Source: Dehalococcoidia bacterium (lineage in GTDB: Bacteria; Chloroflexota; Dehalococcoidia; Plut-88900). From it: DNA of 64,000 bases. A program made the translations under genes and the position numbers. The notes below the pieces were generated by a model. It had not been told where the DNA came from. It was given only the letters and a program-made list of their open reading frames with translations, and did not search any database. This document shows, piece by piece, positions 9,501-18,316 of the stretch; the first letter of the stretch is position 1; every line of letters starts with the position of its first letter. The DNA is taken from assembly GCA_965197645.1 (NCBI GenBank), contig OZ240219.1, forward strand, positions 1,344,001 through 1,408,000. Direction: 5' to 3'.

Positions 9501-12500
9501 ACCGGCGGCGTGCGGATCGAGTCCGACCCGGATGCGCACGACAGCTACGGCGTCGGCGAGGAGATCGAGGTGGCCGTGGGCTTCACCGACGACGTGACGG
9601 TGGACACGACGAGCGGCACGACGAGCGTCGCGCTGACCGTCGGCTCCAACACCCGCTACGCCGACTACTCGGCGAGCGACAGCGACGACGACGAGCTGGC
9701 GTTCGTCTACACGGTGACGGCGGACGACCACGACCAGAACGGCGTCTCCATCGCCGCCGACGCGCTGGAGCTGAACGGCGGCGCGATCCACAAGGACGGC
9801 GACTCCAGCACGAACGCGGTCCTCGACCACGCCGCCCTGGACGCGGATTCCGATCACCGGGTGAACCGCGACCCCATCATCGTCTCGGACGGCGTGTCGG
9901 TGATCTCCGACCCGCAGGCGGCGACGGACACCTACGGCCTCGGCGAGGTCATCGAGATCGAGGTGGAGTTCAGCGCCGCAGTGGACGCCACGACCAACAC
10001 GGACTTCGTGCTGTCGGTGGCCGGGGCCAAGCGCGCGCCGCTGCTGCGCGGCTCGGGGACCAAGAAGCTCGTGTTCGGCTACACCGTGGTGGCGAGCGAC
10101 GACGACGACGACGGCATCTGGATCGGGGAACAGGACCGGACCCTGGTCGGCAACCGCAACGGCGAGCCCCAGAACGGGGAGATCACGAGCGCGGTCACGG
10201 ACCGGGCGGCGGACCTCGACCATGACAGCCCGGGCGTGCTGTCCGACCACAAGGTGGACGGCTCGCGGACAACGGACAACGTCGCCCCGTCGTTCACGTC
10301 TTTGGCGACTTTCGACGCGGCGGAGAACCAGACCGCGGCGGGCACGGTGGTGGCGGACGACAGCGATGCGGACGACAGCGTCACGGGCTACGCGATCACC
10401 GGCGGGGCGGACCAGGCCCTGTTCGAGATCGGCGCGACCTCAGGCGAGCTGACGTTCAAGTCGGCGCCGAACTTCGAGGACCCGCAGGATACGGACACCG
10501 GCAACGACTACGTGGTGGAGGTTACGGCGACCAGCGGGACGGGAACGCGGGAGATGACCGCGGATCAGACGATCACGGTGACGGTGACCGACGTGGACAC
10601 GGAGGCGCCGGGCAAGCCGGGGGCGCCGACGGTGTCGGCGGCGTCGGCGGCGTCGGCGACGAGCCTGAGCGTGAACTGGTCGGCGCCGACCAACGCGGGT
10701 CCGGCCATCACCGACTACGACGTGCAGTACCGGGCGGGCACCAGCGGGGCCTGGAGCGACGGGGGCCACGTCGGCACGGCGACGACGGCGACGCTGACGG
10801 GCCTGTCGGAGGACACCTCCTACCAGGTGCAGGTGCGGGCGACCAACGACGAGGGCACGGGCGACTGGTCGGACTCGGGCAGCGGCACGACGGACGCGGC
10901 GCCGTCCGACGACTGTCCCAACGACACCACCACCACTTGCGAGGTGGACGTGGGCGGCTCGGCCACGGGCACAAGCGGAACCCTGGACAGGGACTGGTTC
11001 CGGGTCGTGCTGGAGGCGGGCACGAGATACCAGATCGACGTGGAGGGGGCGGATACCGGCCGCGGCACTCTGCCGAACCCGGCCGCAGCTCTCTTCGATA
11101 CATCCAGCACTAACCTTGGTGCGAACAACGACGGGGGCGTGGGCGAGAACGCCCGGCTGATTTACACGCCCACAACGAGCGGCACCTACTACGTGCAGGC
11201 ATCCAATGTCTCCGCTGTGGACGAGGGCACCTACACGCTGTCGGTGATCGTGCTGGGCGCGAACGGGAACTCGGAGGCGGACACGGACTTTCCCAACAAC
11301 AACACGACCACCGGCCGGGTCGAGGTCGGGGCCTCGGTCACGGGGAACGTCGAATCCGCGAATGACGTGGACCGTTTCCGGGTCGATCTGGAGGCGGACA
11401 AGGAATACCAGTTCGACCTGGAGGGCGCGCCGACAGGCCGCGGCACCCTGCCAGACCCGGCCCTGTCGTTCGCAGATGCGACGGGCACCGTGCTTGAATA
11501 TGACGACAACGATGGCGACGGCGTCAACAGCCAGATTGTCTACACACCGACCGCGACTGGCGTCTACTACCTCAGGCCCCACAGCAGGGTTGACACCGAA
11601 ACGGGCACCTACACGCTGTCGGTGCGTGAGGTCCCGACGGCGGTCCTGCCGACGCTGAGCATCGTGAACAAGTCGGAGACCGAGGGCTCGCTCATGGTCT
11701 TTCTGCTGAGTCTGTCGGAAGCGACCTCAGAGAACGTGGCGGTGACCTGTACGGCAACGTTCGGGGGCGGCGACACGGCGGTCGCGGAGGATCTCACGTT
11801 TACGAGCGCGAACGGAGGTGTCCGGAGCGGCCAGGTGGTGGGGATATGCTCGTTCCGCTCGGTGCAGGACACCATCGTCGAGGAGGACGAGACCTTCACG
11901 GTGACGCTGTCGGGCGTGTCGTCGAACGCGCAGCTGGCGACGGACCCGACGGCCAAGGGCACGATCCTGGACGACGACGATCCTCCAGTTGACGACTCAG
12001 AGACCGAGGAAGACGACCTGGCCGCCGACACCACCACCACCGGAACGGTCGAGGTGGGCCGGGCCGCGGTCAGGGGAGACATCTTCGCCCCGGAATTCTC
12101 GGAAGGGGACGGCCCCAACGAGGTAGACGGTTGGGACTTCGACACCGACTGGTTCGAGGTGGAGCTGGAGGCGGACAAGACCTACCGGATCGACATGTGG
12201 GGCCACACTACCGCGAACGGTCTCACCCTGCGCCTCCCGCAGATCAACGCGATCTACGATTCGAAAGGGAGTTTCATTGTCAACACGTGGTACAGCGACG
12301 AATCAGACTCCCACTACCTGTTCCGGGTGACGTTTACCGCCTCTAGCAATCGCAGCTATTACATCGCGGCGAGCGGCGAGTCGTTCGAGTGGGGCACCTA
12401 CAAGCTGTGGGTCAAAGACATCACGGAGGATGACCACGGGGACCACGGGGACGAGGGGGACGAGGGGGACGGCACGAACGGCGGGAAGGGGCTCAAAAAC

Positions 12501-15047
12501 CTGCGTGCGGTCGAGGAGAAGGGCGGGGTCAGGCTGACCTGGCAGTCCCCGGACGGCGCCGCGGTCACCGGCTACCGCATAGAGCGTCGCCGCGCCGGCG
12601 GGCAGGGCAGCGGTCCCCAGCGTTCCCATGGGCAGCCCAGGGACCACCACACCCTGGTGGAGGACACCGGCAACACCGAAACGAGCTATGTCGATGAAAG
12701 CGCGGAACAGGGCGTCGAGTACGAGTACCAGGTCAGCGCCCACAACGAGTCCGGCCCGGGCGAGGAATCGGACTGGGTGAGGGCCGGGCCGGAGGAGGAG
12801 CCGGTGTTGGGCGACGCCCTGCCGGGAGCGCCCCGCAACCTCACCGCCACCCCGGGAAACCGGGAGGTCACCCTGTCCTGGGACCCGCCCGACGACAACG
12901 GCAACCCGCCCGCGACGAGATACCGCATCGAGTGGAGGGTCGACGGCAAGGACTACGACAGGAACGATTGGGGCACAGCGCAAGAGACGACCTATACGAC
13001 GAACGCCCAGGCCAACCTGGCCAATGGAGTCAAGTACTTCTTCCGGGTAAAGGCCGAGAACGATGACGGCAATAGCTACGGGCCATATGGACCGTCCTCC
13101 GGGGAGGTGAGCGCCACTCCCACCTCCGGCTCGGCGGTGGACCTGGGCACGCCGGTGCTGTCGGACACGGAGACCCTGCACCACGGCATAGTGCAGCTGG
13201 ACTGGCAGGACATAGAAGACGCCGGTTGGTACGTGGTCCAGTACTACCACGTCGAAGACGAGGAGTGGCTGGACCTGCCCGCCGAGGGAGTGGACATCGC
13301 GTTCCACGGATCGAGCGCGGTGGTGAGCAACCTGCATGGGCTCTCGTGGCTGAGGGTTGGTGCGATGAGCTGTGCGGGAGCATCGGAGTGGTCGCAAATC
13401 GAGGAGTTGTACGGGACCAACGCATCGGACTGGGAGGGAGTGCCCGTACCCGAGGTGGCGGAGGGCGACGAGATCGAGCCATGCCCCGTGGTCCTGGGCA
13501 CGCCGGTGCTGTCGGACACGGAAGACCTGCATCACGGCATGGTGCAGTTGGACTGGCAGGACATAGAGGACGCCGGGTGGTACGTGGTCCAGTACTACCA
13601 CCTCGAAGACGGAGAGTGGTTGGACCTGCCCGCCGAGGGAGTGGACATCGCGTTCCACGGTTCCAGCGCGGTGGTGAGCAACCTGCATGGGCTCTCGTGG
13701 CTGCGGGTTGGTGCGGCGAGCTGCGACGGGGCATCGGAGTGGTCGCAGATCGAGGAGTCGTACGGGACCAACGCATCGGACTGGAAGGGTGTGCCCGTAC
13801 CCGAGGTGGCGGAGGGCGACGAGATCGAGCCATGCTCAGAAGACGCGGACACGCCTGACAACAGCCCGGCGACGGGCGCGCCCACCATCAGTGGGACCGC
13901 CCAAGTGGGAGAGACGCTGACGGCGAACACGTCTGGGGTCGCCGACGGGGACGGGCTTGCAAATGCCACCTTCGGCTATCAGTGGCTTGCCGACGATACC
14001 GACATCGCAGGCGCTACCGGCTTGACCTACACCCTGACCGATAGCGAAGAAAGCAAGGCCATCACGGTGCGGGTGAGCTTCACCGACGACGCCGACAACG
14101 ACGAGACGCTGACCAGCGGAGCAACGGACACGGTGGAGGCGGCGCCCACTACCAACAGTCCGGCCACCGGCGCGCCCACCATCAGCGGGACCGCCCAGGT
14201 GGGCGAGACGCTGACGGCGGACACGTCGGGCATCGCCGACGCCGACGGGCTTAGCAACGTCCAATACGAGTACCAGTGGCTTGCAGACGATACCGACATC
14301 GCAGGAGCGACCAACGCGACCTACACCCTGACCGATAGCGAAGAAAGCAAGGCCATCACGGTGCGGGTCAGCTTCACCGACGACGCCGACAACGAGGAGA
14401 CGCTGACCAGCGCGGCTACGGACATGGTGGCCGGTGCGCAACCCACGGAGCCGCCCGCCAAGCCCACGGGCCTCGACGCCACGGCGACCCACGACTCGGT
14501 GACCCTCACCTGGGACGACCCCGACGACGACTCCATCACCGGCTACGTGATCCTGCGGCGCGTTCCTGGGTTCGACCCGGAGGGCCACTTCGATGTGCTG
14601 GTGGCGGACACGGCGACGGCGGCAACCAGCTACACCGACGACACCGTGTCGGCGGAGACTCGCTATACCTACCGCATCAAGGCAATCAACGGGGCCGGAA
14701 CGAGTGAACGCTCGCGCTGGGTCCACATCGACACTCCGGCAGCGCCCGTACCCGATAAGCCCACGGGCCTCGAAGCCACGGTAACCCACGGCCAGGTGGT
14801 CCTCACCTGGGACGACCCCGGCGACGACTCCATCACCGGCTACGTGATCCTGCGGCGCGTCCGCGAGAACAATACCGGGGGCGATTTCAGTGTATTGGTC
14901 GCGGACACGGCCAGCGCCGCGACCACCTACACCGACGACACCGTGTCTGGCGGCCTCACCTACACCTACCGCATCAAGGCGATCAACGAGCACGGAACAA
15001 GCGAGCGGTCCCGCTGGTACCACATCGACATCCCCGAGGCCCCGTAG
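6546..15047 (+). CDS. Giant secreted adhesin-like protein (cadherin-like, cadherin, multiple FN3, PPC-like, Calx-beta domains)
   Basis: GGAGG RBS; signal peptide ending AQA-Q; DATLSALSL..KVTAEDG cadherin-like domain; ENQT..PNYE cadherin; W..P..GY..Y FN3 repeats; DTIVEEDETFTVTL Calx-beta; acidic, Thr-rich. Confidence 0.9.
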   Translation: MTETIKRLRFPRLRFPVPVVTTLALLVILAAVALSGTAQAQTAITLVSNIGQAEATLSRNPVGQPIGLQFTTGDNAAGYNLDSVEIAVGDYENVVVTVSLYSDSSGEPGSSIFNFTNPTSGITADAVNTFTAPANTTLAGSNTPYFIVFDGANDPDESTNRIRIKMTHTNDEDSGGATNAEGDADWEIADISHALDSGVWYGDDTDELKIRLKGSAKSGGDTPTVSTDATLSALSLGTGVTLSPAFDADTYAYTASVANSVDEVTVTASTTDTDATFEYLDESDATLDDEDTNAAGHQVELDVGDTVFKVKVTAEDGTTTQNYTVTVTRAACTLNDGDLWCGVVDVGTITNSGGMTQSHGFQGTKGDLSDKTFSLMFETGTTNNYTITAIVVGARTAISEQLFFVTSNTLTNTEEESLALHVDGESDPFVWSDSTEVIPGSYRWPARTDLDWSSETTVTLRLREFLRPTVTNVAVTSMPVLETDTYGAGETIEVSVTFSEAVDATSNTDFVLSVGGARRAPLLSGSGTATLVFGYTVVSSDEDTNGIWIGDETRTLVGNRNGEPQNGTITSVATGAAAVIAHTLLGTDSDHKVDGSRTTDNVAPAFTSSATFDAAENQTAAGTVLATDDDTDDSVTGYEITGGADQTSFSIGATSGVLTFDAAPNYEDAEDQGTNNTYVVDVTATSGTGTREMTATQTITVTVTDVAEQSAKPDKPTLAAVSGSTTSLTATWTKPDLNGGPDITGYDLQYRAGATGTWSSSTSYGATVTTATITGLTADTSYQARVLAKNGETDSDWSDASDAVSTNAAVAMTPTDVLVSNYPDGSGSDFNLNFVQSGNSQRRYFAQTFTAGAGFTLTAVDIPFRRVPDNSRVTVSLHARNGSKPGTYLGELDLSGALAVGDNTFAAPAGTALAAGEYFIRVRWRMGDTDNLRMTDGPDDETSAESGWSIEDRSQYSASGSSWSNWNQQFAMRVRGTIDGVPRVATGGVRIESDPDAHDSYGVGEEIEVAVGFTDDVTVDTTSGTTSVALTVGSNTRYADYSASDSDDDELAFVYTVTADDHDQNGVSIAADALELNGGAIHKDGDSSTNAVLDHAALDADSDHRVNRDPIIVSDGVSVISDPQAATDTYGLGEVIEIEVEFSAAVDATTNTDFVLSVAGAKRAPLLRGSGTKKLVFGYTVVASDDDDDGIWIGEQDRTLVGNRNGEPQNGEITSAVTDRAADLDHDSPGVLSDHKVDGSRTTDNVAPSFTSLATFDAAENQTAAGTVVADDSDADDSVTGYAITGGADQALFEIGATSGELTFKSAPNFEDPQDTDTGNDYVVEVTATSGTGTREMTADQTITVTVTDVDTEAPGKPGAPTVSAASAASATSLSVNWSAPTNAGPAITDYDVQYRAGTSGAWSDGGHVGTATTATLTGLSEDTSYQVQVRATNDEGTGDWSDSGSGTTDAAPSDDCPNDTTTTCEVDVGGSATGTSGTLDRDWFRVVLEAGTRYQIDVEGADTGRGTLPNPAAALFDTSSTNLGANNDGGVGENARLIYTPTTSGTYYVQASNVSAVDEGTYTLSVIVLGANGNSEADTDFPNNNTTTGRVEVGASVTGNVESANDVDRFRVDLEADKEYQFDLEGAPTGRGTLPDPALSFADATGTVLEYDDNDGDGVNSQIVYTPTATGVYYLRPHSRVDTETGTYTLSVREVPTAVLPTLSIVNKSETEGSLMVFLLSLSEATSENVAVTCTATFGGGDTAVAEDLTFTSANGGVRSGQVVGICSFRSVQDTIVEEDETFTVTLSGVSSNAQLATDPTAKGTILDDDDPPVDDSETEEDDLAADTTTTGTVEVGRAAVRGDIFAPEFSEGDGPNEVDGWDFDTDWFEVELEADKTYRIDMWGHTTANGLTLRLPQINAIYDSKGSFIVNTWYSDESDSHYLFRVTFTASSNRSYYIAASGESFEWGTYKLWVKDITEDDHGDHGDEGDEGDGTNGGKGLKNLRAVEEKGGVRLTWQSPDGAAVTGYRIERRRAGGQGSGPQRSHGQPRDHHTLVEDTGNTETSYVDESAEQGVEYEYQVSAHNESGPGEESDWVRAGPEEEPVLGDALPGAPRNLTATPGNREVTLSWDPPDDNGNPPATRYRIEWRVDGKDYDRNDWGTAQETTYTTNAQANLANGVKYFFRVKAENDDGNSYGPYGPSSGEVSATPTSGSAVDLGTPVLSDTETLHHGIVQLDWQDIEDAGWYVVQYYHVEDEEWLDLPAEGVDIAFHGSSAVVSNLHGLSWLRVGAMSCAGASEWSQIEELYGTNASDWEGVPVPEVAEGDEIEPCPVVLGTPVLSDTEDLHHGMVQLDWQDIEDAGWYVVQYYHLEDGEWLDLPAEGVDIAFHGSSAVVSNLHGLSWLRVGAASCDGASEWSQIEESYGTNASDWKGVPVPEVAEGDEIEPCSEDADTPDNSPATGAPTISGTAQVGETLTANTSGVADGDGLANATFGYQWLADDTDIAGATGLTYTLTDSEESKAITVRVSFTDDADNDETLTSGATDTVEAAPTTNSPATGAPTISGTAQVGETLTADTSGIADADGLSNVQYEYQWLADDTDIAGATNATYTLTDSEESKAITVRVSFTDDADNEETLTSAATDMVAGAQPTEPPAKPTGLDATATHDSVTLTWDDPDDDSITGYVILRRVPGFDPEGHFDVLVADTATAATSYTDDTVSAETRYTYRIKAINGAGTSERSRWVHIDTPAAPVPDKPTGLEATVTHGQVVLTWDDPGDDSITGYVILRRVRENNTGGDFSVLVADTASAATTYTDDTVSGGLTYTYRIKAINEHGTSERSRWYHIDIPEAP
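7990..10890 (+). repeat. Intragenic duplication of a ~0.95-kb module, offset 1932 bp (~7990-8950 vs ~9922-10890)
   Basis: TDTYG..TDFVLSV..RTLVGNRNGEPQNG..DHKVDGSRTTDNVAP..TSGTGTREMTA occurs twice, with high DNA similarity. Confidence 0.85.
13142..15040 (+). repeat. Three successive tandem domain pairs (351-bp unit x2, then two ~295-bp units x2 each)
   Basis: LGTPVLSDTE at 13142/13493; NSPATGAPTISG x2; KPTGL..TWDDP..RSRW x2. Confidence 0.85.
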
Positions 15048-15317
15048 CGGGCAGCGAGGACTGCGCGGGCTAGGGGCCGTCCGCACGAGAGACGGCGGAA
15101 AGCTGCCCGACGGGTCGGCGCTGACCGTCAGCGGTCCGGGCCGGTAGAGGGCAACGGAGAAAGCCCGCACACATGGATAAAAGGGGGGAGGCCGCCACCA
15201 TTCGGCAAGCACGGCGTGGCCTCCCCCAGGGCTCCGGGTTGGACCGACTGCGGGAGGGAGCTTGCACTCCGCACACCGTACCGCCCGGGGTTTCCGTCCT
15301 GCGGAAGGACCGGCTCG

Positions 15318-15563
15318 ATGCCGAGACAGCGAGTTGACTACTACATACAAACCTACGAGTTCCCCGACGACTTCCCGGAGCGGCTCAAGCGGTTCCAGAA
15401 GGAGTCCGGCCTGTCCTGGTCGGAGATTGCGCGGCGCATCGGAACCTATCGCTACACCGTATGGCGCTGGAAGGAGGGCAGGGGCCGCCCCAACATGGAG
15501 CACATGATGGCCCTGCTCGACCTGGCCGAAAGCCTGGGCCTCCGCCATATCTTCACGGACTGA
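15318..15563 (+). CDS. XRE-family HTH regulator
   Basis: FPERLKRFQKESGLSWSEIARRIG..TVWRW..G..P; AAGGA RBS. Confidence 0.8.
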   Translation: MPRQRVDYYIQTYEFPDDFPERLKRFQKESGLSWSEIARRIGTYRYTVWRWKEGRGRPNMEHMMALLDLAESLGLRHIFTD

Positions 15564-15670
15564 GGCGGCGCGACCGCAGGGGCCGGAAACGCAAAAAAGG
15601 CCCCATACATCGACGGGCAGGGGGAGGCAATCGCCCGAAGTGCGACGACCTCCCCCTCGTGAACTGTGGT

Positions 15671-18052
15671 CTAGCGTCCCGCGCCGACCGTCTCCTTCCC
15701 CCGTTCCTGCTCCATCGCCCACTCGAACATCGAGAGGCTTGCGGGCTGGGGCTTCCCGTTGCGCTTCGGCTTCACCGGCTCGGCCATGAACTCGGCCCAG
15801 GAGAACAGCGACTGCTGCGGCTCCGGGTCCTCGTCCTCGTGGTGGCCGTTGGTCCCGTTCCCGTTGGCCGGGGCGGGCGCGTGGCCGTTCCCATTGCCGT
15901 TGGCGTGGCGGCCGTTGGCCGGCACAAGCTCGACCGTCGGCCCGAACAGGTCGTCGTGGTGACCGTTGCCATTCCCGTTCCCGTTGACCGCAATGGTCTC
16001 CGGCTCGATCTCGACCAGCTTCCAGCCGTCGTCCACCAACAGCTCCTCGGCGGTGGCCTCAGCGTTCCTGGCCTGGGCGAACACCTCCTCCATCGTCTCG
16101 GCCTCGTCCTCCTCCTCGCCGCTGACGATCTTGCGGGCCAGCGCCATAATCATGTCGTCGCCGTCGTCCCCGTAGGCCGCGAGGCCGTCCTCCGGCAGCT
16201 CCCCCTCGACGGCCAGGGAGCTCTGCATCTTCTTTGCCACCAGCTTCAGCGCGTCGGCCTGGAGCGTGTTCCGGTAGGACATGAACACGACCTTGACCGG
16301 GCGGGTCTGCCCGATGCGCCACGACCGCCGCGACGCCTGCCGGACGACGTACACCGAATAATCTGTCTCGTCCCAGACGATGGTCGGGAAGTCGATCAGG
16401 TCGAGGCCGGTCTGCACCAGCCTGGGATGGCAGATGAGGACATCGATGCCCTCCTTCACCTTGTCCGCGACCCACTTCTCCCTGCGGTTCGGGGCCACCG
16501 CGTCGGCCTTCATCACCGCCACCCGGAAGCCGTGCCGGGTGAGGAAGTCGTCCATCCGCCCGGTGATGTCACGCGTCCCCGTATGCGTGACGTAGACCAG
16601 CACCCGCCTTCCCTCCAGCCGCTCGGCGGCCACCAGGTCGACGAGCGCCTTCTCCTTCGGGTAGAGCTTCTCCTCGGAAAGCGGCGGGACCGCCACGATG
16701 ACGTCGCCCGTCCTGGGGTCGAAGACCGTCTCGCCCCTGGTGCAGCCGTCGGGGTAGGCCAGCAGCGTCTGGAGGTAGGTCGCCAGCAGCCGCTTGGAAC
16801 CGGCCTTCAGAGCCGCCGCCAGCTCCTTCTTCAGCTCCTCGAACACCTTGTTGTAGGCGCTGCGCTGGGAGTAGCCGGTGGAGTCCTCCTCCGAGTCCAT
16901 CGAGGACACGAGGATTTTCTCCTCGTAGTCCGGCAGCCCGGAGGCGACGTCGGCCAGTCTGAGGAACACCGTGTTCCCGATGATGTGAAACAACGCCGAG
17001 GGCACGAGTCCCGGCCTCTCCCTGGTGACCTTGCGGTAGCTGCGGCGGCGGCTGTTGCGCCCGTCCTCCACCGCGTCGTCGTCGGGCTTGCCGACGGTGA
17101 CCTCCTCGAAGCCGTAGCGCTGTATCCAGCGGTGCTCGTCGGAGCGCCCGAACTCCGTCCTGATCTCCGGCGAGAACCGGTAGAGCAGGTGGAAGATGGT
17201 CGAGGAGTAGCCGCCGAGGAGCGTGCCCGTAAGGGAGAGGGACTTGCCGCACACGTCGGCGAGGATGCCGGCGGCGATGCCCTGGGCCGAGCCGCGCCCC
17301 TTGAACTCGTGAACTTCGTCGCCGATAAGCAGGTCGAAGAAGCCCTTCATCCGGTGCTTGATGTAGTCGGCCAGCGGGTAGCGGGCCGGGCCGGACCTGT
17401 CGGCCTGCCAGAGGGGGGCGTCGCAGGCGGCGCAGGTGTGCTTGCGGCGGTTCAGGTCCGCGAAGGTCAGCGGCACCCCGTCCTTGTCGACGATCTGCGC
17501 CGTGCAGTCGGGGCAGCAGGGGATGCGGAAGGGCTCCCCCGTCTCCTCCTCCCGCAGGAGCCTTCCCTTGGATACCGCCCACCGCTCGATGACGGCGGGC
17601 ATCCAGCGGTAGGACAGCTTGGCCTTCTCCCGGCTCATCACCGCGAACAGCGGGCCGGAGCCTATGGAGAGGCGCAGCCGCTCCAGGTCGGTGATGGACT
17701 CGACGATGGCGGCGCGGACGCCGGGCACCGTCATCTCCACCTCCCGCTTCCACTTGGGGACCAGGTGCGGCGGGCAGATGATGAGCACCCGTTGGAATCC
17801 CGCCATGTACGCCGCCGCCGCGCCGATGAATGTCTTGCCGGTGCCCATTTCGCCCACTACCGTCGTGCCCCGGTGGGCCTTCAGCGATAGGGCCGCGCCC
17901 CTGATTGCGTCGGCCTGCGCTCCCAGGGGCCTGCGGAGCAGCCTGGGGAGCGTGCCGCCGTTCTCCGAGGGACGGTAGAGCGGCGGGTAGGACTCGACCA
18001 CCCTCCTGGCTATCGCGTCCTTGAACGTGTCTATGAAACCTCCGAGGTTCAT
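15671..18052 (-). CDS. SNF2-like superfamily-2 helicase
   Basis: EMGTGKT, DEVH, LTGT, TGLDL, QASRRSWRIGQ; CxxC pairs; AAGGAGG RBS. Confidence 0.9.
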   Translation of the reverse strand: MNLGGFIDTFKDAIARRVVESYPPLYRPSENGGTLPRLLRRPLGAQADAIRGAALSLKAHRGTTVVGEMGTGKTFIGAAAAYMAGFQRVLIICPPHLVPKWKREVEMTVPGVRAAIVESITDLERLRLSIGSGPLFAVMSREKAKLSYRWMPAVIERWAVSKGRLLREEETGEPFRIPCCPDCTAQIVDKDGVPLTFADLNRRKHTCAACDAPLWQADRSGPARYPLADYIKHRMKGFFDLLIGDEVHEFKGRGSAQGIAAGILADVCGKSLSLTGTLLGGYSSTIFHLLYRFSPEIRTEFGRSDEHRWIQRYGFEEVTVGKPDDDAVEDGRNSRRRSYRKVTRERPGLVPSALFHIIGNTVFLRLADVASGLPDYEEKILVSSMDSEEDSTGYSQRSAYNKVFEELKKELAAALKAGSKRLLATYLQTLLAYPDGCTRGETVFDPRTGDVIVAVPPLSEEKLYPKEKALVDLVAAERLEGRRVLVYVTHTGTRDITGRMDDFLTRHGFRVAVMKADAVAPNRREKWVADKVKEGIDVLICHPRLVQTGLDLIDFPTIVWDETDYSVYVVRQASRRSWRIGQTRPVKVVFMSYRNTLQADALKLVAKKMQSSLAVEGELPEDGLAAYGDDGDDMIMALARKIVSGEEEDEAETMEEVFAQARNAEATAEELLVDDGWKLVEIEPETIAVNGNGNGNGHHDDLFGPTVELVPANGRHANGNGNGHAPAPANGNGTNGHHEDEDPEPQQSLFSWAEFMAEPVKPKRNGKPQPASLSMFEWAMEQERGKETVGAGR

Positions 18053-18316
18053 GTGAGTCGTCCTCCTTTTCGTGGTGGTTAGAGGACGACGCCGGAACCC
18101 GGACGCACGTCTCCATCAGTCGCCGCCGCCAGGCGGAGAGCGACGGGAGACGGACTGCACCGCCCCATCGGGGGCGGTCGGGTTCCGGCAACGCCCCCAG
18201 GCGAATGCTTGAACGTGCGAAGGCCCGCCCACGGCGGGACTCGCGTATGCGGCCCGGTACGGGCCGTCCCAGGCTGCTTCGAGGCAGCCGCCCATCATGC
18301 GGTGCGTCACGGAGCC

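Noticed and set aside
6582-17890. Long antisense or alternative-frame ORFs (6582-10250, 13836-15722, 15461-17890 and similar ones elsewhere)
   Set aside because: Shadow ORFs of high-GC3 genes; no motifs, and they overlap well-supported CDSs.
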